DNA of 64,000 nt from an uncultured Clostridia bacterium (GCA_934500875.1 CAKSTL010000005.1:71671-135670), one strand, 5' to 3'. Shown: positions 32,201-40,288, counted from the first letter of the stretch. Numbers and translations are program-made. The notes: generated by a model not told the origin, from the letters alone.

Positions 32201-32335
32201 ACAGGAAACGAAGCATTTGATATCTACCAGAACGCAGAAACAACCATTGACCGTTACGACATTATGACTATGGTTTGGATGTTTGAAAACTATGGTATGA
32301 AACTTGTCAGCGAAGCAGGTATTATAGCTGACTGA
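29231..32335 (+). CDS. large secreted T/V/D/K-rich multidomain surface protein with a divergent C-terminal dockerin-like module
   Basis: The 1034 aa product has a signal peptide and repetitive beta-rich Ig-like sequence. The C-terminal GDNDSDNTITATS...DYANLVAKFG and IDRYDIMTMVWMFENYG align to the dockerin-like tail of the 28062 protein. Confidence 0.55.
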   Translation: MKNFNKIISLITVAVLVLSMMAVPAFAVTAVNTIPTSLGGEKVAVTYYSDAALSTPITSANKGDEIYAKVTLNIPTGTFSKLQVALAAQNATIEQSLDTFTASKPAELSIFEYAAVGNEISADKTSAKLFISKSTEGQFDSPKDAWADYEPDMTGPWYSNVGIYSFDVNAYKLTVTGDTGKVAFSRVSGGENVLEIGEFDVDNYTTVPTSFTVEDAGVTIGGSEPAKKKVSYSAAWTDSSVTYDESLDDEALKAAIKANLTVKKLVDGTPESTNPVYEIVMDRAAKTIKVTITDTLLADEELAVGAEKAFNLNFDYTAKTDTYTLKSIKFGEEDITGKTEFDVDYTNYKTLGDVANAITVTMLKNGTDEVPAALGSDYVLNSKFVENANRSTLEIKFEGLDGAISRLKNEAAKTFVANWKNTEIVWSNVKVNVPDPFSFAKSTVSEKVIKDSITVTGDRKDGFKDVEEGIKLTEGVHYTVTVPADLKNGDEIIIKFNDAVDNLSTVTDVTRFIEITEDEITWSGYEASFKDVTTFTGKETDDYIKGNVVVKALRSVNGTPDSEKTAISGYDVAITRAEGENASKAVITFGDGEHKDAAVDDLTFTVQPNYDTVVADMPKTSFAEGATDEEILNALKVTAKKWFYGSDKPELAETVTLERGSDYTAVLEGNTVRISAAGADFNEVIGKTFTIVKGAKATAVIAFTNATDNKINKGTALKGKLSLDTTENIYGGKITLSTTKGEFDEFTINSNCEIKNVDKTVSGKYTFEFTKKAGVASVSDIGTFTINTDSMNKDDEIRVEVESVALDTVGGGDFVDVPSAKGDAKTATVTETAPAPTEAKLPDASFDIKTLGALNSVIDRFKDAVTLVNTTDSSVVADAAALKAAITIDETDLNNKKLVIKDLTVPALSTTAYTYELAVAVPGYTKAKVTFTVTYNETTNDYDVTGGTVGEGAKKNTIYAGDNDSDNTITATSVTANDYANLVAKFGEAVTGNEAFDIYQNAETTIDRYDIMTMVWMFENYGMKLVSEAGIIAD

Positions 32336-32450
32336 TATCATTAAAGTGTAAGTAAAAAACAGTTTTTCTCACAGCGAGAGCGGAAAACCGTTCTCGCTTG
32401 AGGACTATTTAAACGATTAAAAATGTGAATACAATAGCGAGGATATACAT

Positions 32451-33956
32451 ATGAAAAATTTTAAAAAGCATATATCATTGGTTTTGGCACTTGCAATGCT
32501 TATATCGGTTATCTCGGTAAGCGCTTTTGCTGCCAATCCTTATTCGGAGTATACCCCATTGACGGGAACAATTTCGCTTGAGGACAATACAATCAAAATC
32601 AGAAAAGACGATACCTTTAAGGTTTATGTTTCGGCAAACCTTGACGATATTTCAAAAGACAGAGTTACGGCGTTCCATATTTTGGGAACTGTTTCCGATA
32701 ATCTTGAAATTGTAGGTTCGGGTTTCGCCGCTGATGAAGATTTGACAAAACTTCCCGCCGGCGGAGATATTGACGGAATAAACTATGAAAAAATGATTCA
32801 TAACAGCAAAACTTCGGATAAAACAATAGATTTTACCGCTGTTGTTATGAAAAATGCAGAAGGCAAAGCAATTGAAAAAGACGCCGACGGCAAAGCAGCC
32901 CTTATCTGGCTTGAGCTTAAGGCCGTAGGAACGGGCGTTCTTTCGGTTAACATTGCCGATTCGTATGTAAGAACAGCTTTTGAAGATAACGCCGCTGATA
33001 AGTTTTGTATGTCGGCAAGTTTTTCAAAGAGAACATACACAAGTGATGACGGCGACGGCAGACGTCCGACAGGAACAAGAGGAAATACCGGCAAGGCAGG
33101 TTCGATAGACAAGGTTACCGTTGACAAGATTGACGGCGCCGAGGTTTCAATCGACCAGGATAACAAAAAAGTTACAATCACGCTTCCCGAAGGCGCAAAC
33201 CTTACGGATTTGGTTCTTAGCATAGGCTATACAGGAAGCACAATTTCCTATAAAAAGGGCGATACAATCGACCTTACCGAGCCTAAAGAAATCACCGTAA
33301 AAGGCACCGACGGCAAGACTGTTACTTATACGGTTGAGGCAAAGATTAAAACAACCGAGTCGACTCCGAGTGACGACGGCAGCGAATACAGTGACGTTGA
33401 AAAGTCGAGATGGTCTTACGATATGATTGACGCCATGATTAAATCCGGACTTGTTGACGGATACGGCAAGGACGAGGCAGGCAAACTTATCGTTAAACCG
33501 ACAGGTCTTATCACGAGAGAAGAGGCTGCTAAAATTTCTGTGACGGCATACGGCGTTGAAATTGATAATTCGGCTGTTGCTCCGTTTGCAGACGCTGATG
33601 CAATCTCCGATTGGGCACGTCCCTATGTTGCGGCAGGCGCAAACCATCCGAACAGAATGGTAAGAGGCTACGCTGATGACAACACGTTCCGTGGCAAGAG
33701 AAACGTTACGAGAGAAGAGCTTGTAACTATGATTATCAATACGTTCGGTTTCGGTGCAGACGCTGATGCTAAACTTTCGTATGCAGACAATGACGAAATT
33801 ACCTGGTCCGCAGGCTATATTTCAAAGGCTGTAAGCCTCGGCGTAGTTCTCGGATATGAGGATAACACATTTAAACCGTCGCAGTATGTGACAAGAGAAG
33901 AAGCGTTCACAATGTTTGAGCGTGCTCTTAAAATTTACAGAAGTCTTACTGCGTAA
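32451..33956 (+). CDS. SLH-domain cell-surface protein with N-terminal cohesin-like domain
   Basis: A signal peptide is followed by a cohesin-like module (VTAFHILGTVSDNLEI...ALIWLELKAVGTG) and an Ig-like domain. Three SLH repeats follow (YSDVEKSRWSYD..., FADADAISDWARPYV..., YADNDEITWSAGYI...). Confidence 0.7.
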   Translation: MKNFKKHISLVLALAMLISVISVSAFAANPYSEYTPLTGTISLEDNTIKIRKDDTFKVYVSANLDDISKDRVTAFHILGTVSDNLEIVGSGFAADEDLTKLPAGGDIDGINYEKMIHNSKTSDKTIDFTAVVMKNAEGKAIEKDADGKAALIWLELKAVGTGVLSVNIADSYVRTAFEDNAADKFCMSASFSKRTYTSDDGDGRRPTGTRGNTGKAGSIDKVTVDKIDGAEVSIDQDNKKVTITLPEGANLTDLVLSIGYTGSTISYKKGDTIDLTEPKEITVKGTDGKTVTYTVEAKIKTTESTPSDDGSEYSDVEKSRWSYDMIDAMIKSGLVDGYGKDEAGKLIVKPTGLITREEAAKISVTAYGVEIDNSAVAPFADADAISDWARPYVAAGANHPNRMVRGYADDNTFRGKRNVTREELVTMIINTFGFGADADAKLSYADNDEITWSAGYISKAVSLGVVLGYEDNTFKPSQYVTREEAFTMFERALKIYRSLTA

Positions 33957-33987
33957 ATTTAAGTCTGACAGTACAAAGACCCGCTAA

Positions 33988-34017
33988 AGCCACTTCCCGA
34001 TAAGTAAGCATTGCCTT
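33988..34017. repeat. left arm (arm plus inverted loop) of the palindromic repeat family, split copy
   Basis: AGCCACTTCCCGATAAGTAAGCATTGCCTT matches the reverse complement of 15045-15074 with about 3 mismatches. Confidence 0.5.
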
Positions 34018-34238
34018 AAAAACATATTTTTTGCGCCTTTCTGCGTTAAAAAAACTCGCAATCCGTCAGGATTACTCGCTTTTTTGCCTTGAAATTCATC
34101 AAAAAATCTTGTTTTTAAGGTGCAAAGCAGTTTTGAATATCGGATTATTTTACGATTCAGACAAGAAATAAAATCTGCCATTATGCTTGCCGCATATGGC
34201 AGGTTTTTGACGTAGTATGAATTTAAAATACGGTTTCA

Positions 34239-34267
34239 AAACCAATGCTTTCTTATCGAGAAGCGGC
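34239..34267. repeat. right arm (loop plus arm) of the palindromic repeat family, split copy
   Basis: AACCAATGCTTTCTTATCGAGAAGCGGCT matches 15062-15091. It forms an inverted repeat of about 30 bp with 33988-34017 around a 221 bp insert. Confidence 0.5.
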
Positions 34268-34347
34268 TCAAGCTGCTCCTATTTAAGTAGGAGCAGTCGA
34301 GTGGGTTTTGTTTTTCTAAAGTAAAAATATACAACAGGAGCGATAAA

Positions 34348-35643
34348 ATGAAAAAATTTTTAACATCTCTGCTGATTGCCGTTATGCTTGCATCATCCTT
34401 CACATCTGCGCTTGCCGCAGCAACGCCGTATGATGAATATACCAAGATTTCGGGCAAAATCGAGCGTGACGGCTCGGGCGATATCAAGGTCGGCGATAAG
34501 GTGAGGGTTAATATCTGCGTAAATTACGGTGACAGCACCCCGATTGAAAAAATTACTGCGTTCCATATTCTCGGAAATTGCAGCGATAACCTTAAAATAA
34601 GCAGTTTTGATTTTTGCGACGCTTCAAAAAAGCCGCAGAATACGATAACTTCAAAAACGAAGGACCATACAATTGATTATCTTTCCGCAAACACGCCGAA
34701 CGAAGAGGCTGTTACGGCGGACTCCGACGGCTTCGGCAGACTTATTTGGGTTGAGTTTGAGGCGGTTTCTTCGGGAACGGCAAAAATTCACCTTGACGGG
34801 TCGTATATCAGAACCGACACGGCAGACGAGCCGCAGTATAAAAGATGTCTTTCGGTGAGCGATTTTGATATAACCGTTTCGTCAAACGGCAGCCCGGACG
34901 ACAGCAACGATAACAGCGGCGGTAACGGCAGCAGTTCCGGCGGCAGTTCGTCAAGACCTTCGGGAAACAAGGGCGGAACGGCTGTTTCTGGCGGAACGGC
35001 GAAAAACGACGACGCCAAGACGGACGATACCAAAACCGATAACACCAAAACTGACGAAAACAACGGCGCTCAGCCTGCTTCGCACAATTTTGCGGACGTC
35101 CCGAAAGACCACTGGGCATACGAGTATGCAAACTATCTTTTCGACAGGAAGATAATTTCGGGCGCAGGCACAAACGAATCGGGCGAGGTATTTTTAAATC
35201 CTGATTCGGCGATAACGAGGGAAGAGGCGGTTAAAATTGCGGTTGCGGCGGCAAATATTGCGCTTGATAACGAATTTGACCTTGCGTTTGCCGACAAAGA
35301 TTTTGTGTCAGACTGGGCAAAACCGTATGTTTTTGCCGGCGTTAAGAGCGGAATTCTGACGGGTTACGGCGAGGATAACACCTTCAGACCGAAAAATCAA
35401 ATCACACGTGAAGAGCTTGTTAAGGTAATTGTAAGCGCTTTCGGCATTGAAATAAGCGAAAATGCCGACGTTTCCGCCTTTTCGGACGCAGACAAAATCA
35501 CTTGGTCGGCACCCTATATAGCGGCGGCTGTCAAAAGCGAAATTATTAAAGGTTATGCCGACGGTTCGGTAAAACCGCAGAGCAGCGTTACGAGAATTGA
35601 GGCAATAACTATGTTTGCAAGAGCGCTCGGCAGCGCAAAATAA
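34348..35643 (+). CDS. SLH-domain cell-surface protein with N-terminal cohesin-like domain (paralog of 32451..33956)
   Basis: A signal peptide is present. The N-terminal domain is collinear with the upstream paralog (PY.EYT, ITAFHILGNCSDNLKI, RLIWVEFEAV, GSYIRT). An S/G/N/T-rich linker precedes three SLH repeats (FADVPKDHWAYEYANYL..., FADKDFVSDWAKPYV..., FSDADKITWSAPYI...). Confidence 0.7.
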   Translation: MKKFLTSLLIAVMLASSFTSALAAATPYDEYTKISGKIERDGSGDIKVGDKVRVNICVNYGDSTPIEKITAFHILGNCSDNLKISSFDFCDASKKPQNTITSKTKDHTIDYLSANTPNEEAVTADSDGFGRLIWVEFEAVSSGTAKIHLDGSYIRTDTADEPQYKRCLSVSDFDITVSSNGSPDDSNDNSGGNGSSSGGSSSRPSGNKGGTAVSGGTAKNDDAKTDDTKTDNTKTDENNGAQPASHNFADVPKDHWAYEYANYLFDRKIISGAGTNESGEVFLNPDSAITREEAVKIAVAAANIALDNEFDLAFADKDFVSDWAKPYVFAGVKSGILTGYGEDNTFRPKNQITREELVKVIVSAFGIEISENADVSAFSDADKITWSAPYIAAAVKSEIIKGYADGSVKPQSSVTRIEAITMFARALGSAK

Positions 35644-35660
35644 GCTTTTTTAAAACAGCA

Positions 35661-35695
35661 AAACGGAATGTCTGATGTGACATTCCGTTTTTTTG
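35661..35695 (+). terminator. rho-independent terminator after the SLH-protein gene
   Basis: The stem AAACGGAATGTC/GACATTCCGTTT is followed by TTTTTT. Confidence 0.6.
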
Positions 35696-35783
35696 TATTT
35701 AGGTAAAAATTTTAAATATCATAAAAATTTAAATTTTGGTATTTACAAAAAATTTTGAAAATTACCAATCCGAAATTTTTGCT

Positions 35784-37505
35784 TTACTGCCTGTAGAGCA
35801 TCATAATCATTTGAATATACACGGCGGCGCTGACGCCGAAATCACGGACGTTCGGACGTTTAACCGACGGGATATACGCAAACAATGCGTCGCCCTTGCG
35901 CCTTAATTTTGACGGCGAAACGGTTGATTTTGAATCGTAAAATTCATATATTACGCCGTCATTTTCATACCATTTTGTAATGTTTGAAACCGTGTCGCAA
36001 ACAATCTTGTGCGCCTCTTTTTTGTAGCCGTAGTCATAAAGCGACAACGCAACAAAGTACGAATAAAACGGATGAGCCGCACCGTGCCACATTCCGCCGT
36101 CAAATTTTTCGTCATCCTTTGAAAGGCTGGGAACGGGAAACGGAGTGAAAAACTCGGCGGTGTTGAAAATGTGGTTTGTAACAATGTAATCGGCACGTTT
36201 TTTATCGCAAAATCCGACAAAAAGCGGCAGAAACGACGCAGGTGTTTTAACCTTTATAAGTTTGTCGGAATTTGCACATCTGTCATAGTAAAATCCGTCA
36301 TCCTCGTCGTAGAGATAGCGGTTAACCGCCTCTTTTATGCGGTCGTAAATCACGCTCCAGTAAAGGTGTTCGCCCGATTTTCCCAGAATTTCGGCAATCT
36401 CGGAAAGCGCCTTTGCCTCGTTTGCCATATAACACGAAAAGTCGAGCGCATAAATTTTGGAAATATCGTCAAACCGTGGCGAACTGTCCATTCTGCTTTC
36501 TTCGCAGCGGTTTTCAACCTCCGAAATTTTTATTTTCCATTCAAACAGCATTTTATCCTCTGCCGAGCGGTTTTCGATAAAATAGTTGAGATATTTTTTG
36601 AGCTTGTCAAAGCTTTCCGAAAGAATCGAAATATCGCCCTGAGCCTTAAAAAGTCTTAAAATTCCCCACGCAAGAACGGGCGGATTTGCCGCCTCTCCCT
36701 TATAATTATAAAGTCCCTCGCCGGGGATAAATCCGTTTTCGTCCTGCAAATCGAGCGCTGACATCAGGCATTGTTTTGCAGCGTCATAGGATACATAACG
36801 CATTGAATCGGCATACAAAACGGCGTCAAAAAGGGTGTATTTTTCATTCGGAATACGTGAAGGAGTACACCACATACCCTTGAAAAATCCTTCGGGCGAA
36901 AAAGTGAGCGATTTTAAAACCGAAAAACTTTTTGCAAACAGCGAGGAGATGTTTTTGGGAATATTTTCCAAAATAGGCAGTTTTGCAAAAAAGTCAAGTT
37001 TGTTTGAAATTTCACGGTTTATCTCTTCGGTAAATGCATTTTCGGCATCCTCCGCCGCATTTTTTCCGTATGCGAAAGCCGATATTTTATATTCCTCGTT
37101 TTCTTCGGAATAAAGGGCAAAAACGCCATTTTCGGCAGAGTAGATTTCAGTATTTCCCTTCCTTATATATTCGGTTTTCTCGTCAAATTCCAAAACAAGA
37201 CGGTATGCCTTTGAATGACGTATCAGCACGGCGTTTTGCCGTACAAAAATAAATTCCGCCGCCGTAATAATTCCGCTGTCGTCAACGATATTTGCCTTGA
37301 TAAGGTCGGACGAAACAACTTCAAAAATCACGTCGGAAACATTTTTGAGCGCAATGTGCAAATATGCGCAAACAGGCGTGTTAAAGGCTAATCCGAGCCT
37401 GTCGGACAAAAGATTTGCACAAATTGCTTCATTATATATATTGTCGCCGTCGAGTGCGGAAAACGCAAACGCTGCGCCGCCGCCCCAAACATTTGGAAGT
37501 GCCAT
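35784..37505 (-). CDS. cytoplasmic (alpha/alpha)6-barrel glycoside hydrolase, GH63/GDE-like family (family level only)
   Basis: The roughly 573 aa product has no signal peptide. Its composition and motifs resemble six-hairpin glycosidases (GMWHGAAHPFY, acidic residues in the EW.I..SE and DSSPRFDD regions). The start was moved to the ATG at 37505 after a GGGGGA RBS. Confidence 0.5.
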   Translation of the reverse strand: MALPNVWGGGAAFAFSALDGDNIYNEAICANLLSDRLGLAFNTPVCAYLHIALKNVSDVIFEVVSSDLIKANIVDDSGIITAAEFIFVRQNAVLIRHSKAYRLVLEFDEKTEYIRKGNTEIYSAENGVFALYSEENEEYKISAFAYGKNAAEDAENAFTEEINREISNKLDFFAKLPILENIPKNISSLFAKSFSVLKSLTFSPEGFFKGMWCTPSRIPNEKYTLFDAVLYADSMRYVSYDAAKQCLMSALDLQDENGFIPGEGLYNYKGEAANPPVLAWGILRLFKAQGDISILSESFDKLKKYLNYFIENRSAEDKMLFEWKIKISEVENRCEESRMDSSPRFDDISKIYALDFSCYMANEAKALSEIAEILGKSGEHLYWSVIYDRIKEAVNRYLYDEDDGFYYDRCANSDKLIKVKTPASFLPLFVGFCDKKRADYIVTNHIFNTAEFFTPFPVPSLSKDDEKFDGGMWHGAAHPFYSYFVALSLYDYGYKKEAHKIVCDTVSNITKWYENDGVIYEFYDSKSTVSPSKLRRKGDALFAYIPSVKRPNVRDFGVSAAVYIQMIMMLYRQ

Positions 37506-38238
37506 ATTTTTTCCCCCGATAATCAGTTTTTTATACAAAATTTTTTAACAGAATACAGAAATTTTTGTTTTATGAAGTTATTGTACCATATTTTTCAAAA
37601 ATATGCAACCCCGGCGCCGTTTTCGGATGTTTCGGGACATTAAAAAGGTAAGATTTGTGCGGTTTTAACAGGCAAAATCCGTTGCAAAATTGAGATTAAT
37701 ATTCAAAAATCACGGCAAAAAACCTTTGCCGAATGTTAACTTTGCTCCCACTTGTGTGAAATTCGGGGCTGATTTCGGACAAAAAACAGTCGAAAAATGT
37801 CGTTTTTGAGGTAAATTTATGGGATTTTTCATAAATTTTAATATTTTTGCGCATAAAAACAGCCGTCTTTGTGTAATTTTACGCACAGCAAAAACGCCCG
37901 AAGCTTAAATTTGCGATTTTCAGCATAATAAAGGCAAAAACGGCGGTTAAAAAAACTTAAAATTGACGGTGAAAAGGTGCAAAAAAATGTGCGTCGGAAG
38001 TGCAAAAACGGCTGTAAAATTTAAAGTTGTTAAAATTTTGTTAAATTTGCACTAAAATCTTAACAATTTTGAAAAACAGGTATTTTTGCCTTAAAAAGGC
38101 GATATACTGTATTACAAAGGCAATTACGGACACTTTTTTATGCAAAAAACGAAAATTTTGAAAAACTTAAAAGTTACAAAATAGTTAAAAAACTTTGTGG
38201 AAATTAACAATAACTTTTTTCCATATTTTGTAAAAAAT

Positions 38239-38268
38239 TTGACAAATGCGTGTTTTGAGCGTTAAAAT
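38239..38268 (+). promoter_or_regulatory. sigma-A type promoter for the G5/3D-domain protein gene
   Basis: TTGACA is followed by a 17-18 nt spacer and TAAAAT. It lies about 130 nt upstream of the start codon. Confidence 0.5.
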
Positions 38269-38395
38269 GTAAGTCCAAAACCGCTGCGATATGTTTTTGC
38301 AGTTTTTAAATTGCCGAAAATACACATTTTGAAATGCTTGGGATTTTCAAAATCTTCGGCGAAATAAAAAGGTGTTTTGGAATTAGGAGGATATT

Positions 38396-39418
38396 ATGTT
38401 ACAAAAAACAGCACGAGGCAACAAGAGAATTGCTGTTATTTCAGGCCTTTTAGCGTCTGTTCTCTTGACGGTGACGGTTTATGCTGCGTCTGAACGCACA
38501 CCTTCCGTATCCGGCGGCGACCGAGCTTTGTTTTCAAACATCACTGTAACACAAAAGGTTGTCGATTTGCTCGAAAACGGCATATCCGTCCGTAAAACGG
38601 ATAATTCCTTTACAGGCATTGAAAGTTTTGCTCTCGGCAGAACAAAAAGGGTTGTCATTGACGACGGTGCAAACGTAAAGGAAATTTACACATCAAAAAC
38701 TTATGTAGGTCAGCTTATTGAGGACGGAAGCATAAAGTATACAAGCGATTTTGATTTTATTGACGCTGCGCCCGACGCAGTTATCACAAACAATCTTAAA
38801 ATCGGCGTGACGCACGTGACTTCCGAAAGCTATAAAACCGAGTTCGACATTCCGTACAACACTGTTACCGAGTATGACAATACACTTCGCATAGGCGAAA
38901 CGGTTGTTGTGCAGGAGGGTGAGAACGGCAAAAAAGAAGAAAATGTTGAAATTGTTTATCACAACGGCGTTGAGTTTGATAAAAAGGTTTCGCAAACAGT
39001 CGTAAAAGAGGCAAAGAACAAAATTGTAAAAATCGGCACGCTCGAATACGAGCCTGTTCAGCCTCAGATTGTAGAGCCTGTTTCAAGTGCGGCGGTCGAG
39101 GAGAGCGCAAAGCCCGCCCCCGTAAAATTTAAGGCTTCGGCATATTGTGCGTGCAGAGCGTGCTGCGGAAAATCTAACGGCATTACAGCCTCGGGCACGA
39201 AGGCGGCATACGGCACTGTTGCGGTTGACCCTAAAGTTATTCCGCTCGGCACAAAGTTATATATCGAAGCGTCCGACGGCTCGTTTATTTACGGCGAGTG
39301 CGTTGCGGCAGATACCGGCGGCGCAATTAAGGGAAACAGGGTTGATTTGTTTTTCCCGAGCCATTCCGAGGCGTTAAACTTCGGCAGACGCACCGTTGAC
39401 GTTTACATTTTGGGATAA
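38396..39418 (+). CDS. G5 plus 3D domain cell-wall protein (YabE/YocH-like, MltA-type 3D domain)
   Basis: An N-terminal TM/signal anchor and a G5-like segment (RIGETVVVQEGENGKKEENVEIVYHNG) are present. A C-terminal 3D domain (ASAYCACRACCGK...GT.AVDPKVIPLGTKLYI...D.GGAIKGNRVDLFF) follows. Confidence 0.8.
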   Translation: MLQKTARGNKRIAVISGLLASVLLTVTVYAASERTPSVSGGDRALFSNITVTQKVVDLLENGISVRKTDNSFTGIESFALGRTKRVVIDDGANVKEIYTSKTYVGQLIEDGSIKYTSDFDFIDAAPDAVITNNLKIGVTHVTSESYKTEFDIPYNTVTEYDNTLRIGETVVVQEGENGKKEENVEIVYHNGVEFDKKVSQTVVKEAKNKIVKIGTLEYEPVQPQIVEPVSSAAVEESAKPAPVKFKASAYCACRACCGKSNGITASGTKAAYGTVAVDPKVIPLGTKLYIEASDGSFIYGECVAADTGGAIKGNRVDLFFPSHSEALNFGRRTVDVYILG

Positions 39419-39563
39419 TTTTATTTTTGATAAAAAGGATTGCGAAATTTTTAAGGATTGCAAATTTTTGCAGTCCTTTTTTGCGCCTTCTTTAAAAAAC
39501 TATTGCAAAAAATAAATAAATGTGTTATAATTTCTTCATATATGGTGAAAGGAAGTATAAAAA

Positions 39564-40217
39564 ATGGAGAAGCAAAAAGTTATTCAAAAAATTAAGGACG
39601 CAGGCATTGTGGCAGTTGTCAGAGCAGAAAACGGAGAGAGTGCAAAAAAAATATCTGACGCTTGCCTTGAGGGCGGTGTACCGGCAATCGAGCTTACGTT
39701 TACCGTTCCCGGCGCTCACAGAGTTATAGAGCAGCTTGCGGCAGAGTACAAAAACGGAGAGATGATTCTCGGCGCAGGCACTGTTTTGGACGCTGAAACC
39801 GCAAGAATTGCCATTCTTTCGGGCGCACAGTACATAGTAAGCCCTTATTACGACGAGGCTACGGTTCGTCTTTGCAACCGATACGCAGTTCCGTGTATGC
39901 CCGGCGTTATGACAATCAAAGACGTTGTTGCCGCTCTTGAAATGGGCGTTGACATTATAAAACTGTTCCCCGGCGACACATTCGGCCCCGGTATGGTTAA
40001 GGCTATAAAAGGACCCATTCCTCAGGCAAACATTATGCCCACGGGCGGTGTTGACGTAAACAACGTTGCACAGTGGATTAAAGCAGGCGTTGTAGCAGTA
40101 GGCGCAGGCAGCTCGCTTACAAAGGGCGCAAAAACAGGCGATTACAAGGCTATTACCCAGGTCGGCAAACAGTTTGTTGAGAACATTAAAAATGCACGTG
40201 CCGCTTTGGCAAAATAA
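39564..40217 (+). CDS. eda: bifunctional KHG/KDPG aldolase
   Basis: The motifs VAVVRA, IELTF, GAGTV and KLFPG are typical of Eda. The length is 217 aa. Confidence 0.85.
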   Translation: MEKQKVIQKIKDAGIVAVVRAENGESAKKISDACLEGGVPAIELTFTVPGAHRVIEQLAAEYKNGEMILGAGTVLDAETARIAILSGAQYIVSPYYDEATVRLCNRYAVPCMPGVMTIKDVVAALEMGVDIIKLFPGDTFGPGMVKAIKGPIPQANIMPTGGVDVNNVAQWIKAGVVAVGAGSSLTKGAKTGDYKAITQVGKQFVENIKNARAALAK

Positions 40218-40288
40218 TTTTTTCTGTACGGTTTACAGGACAGTTAAAATGATAAAATGTTCCTAAGATATACTTTGGGAGGATAAAA

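Noticed and set aside
33984-34181. 65 aa minus-strand ORF inside the 221 bp insert between the two SLH genes
   Set aside because: No RBS lies upstream of its ATG. The sequence is low-complexity, and it sits inside the putative MITE-like insert. It is treated as non-coding.
38269-38395. Possible c-di-AMP (ydaO-type) riboswitch in the 5-prime leader of the 3D-domain cell-wall gene
   Set aside because: The leader is short and AU-rich. It lacks the GC-rich conserved helices and the ACGGGG and CCCC-containing motifs expected of ydaO elements. It would need Infernal to exclude formally.
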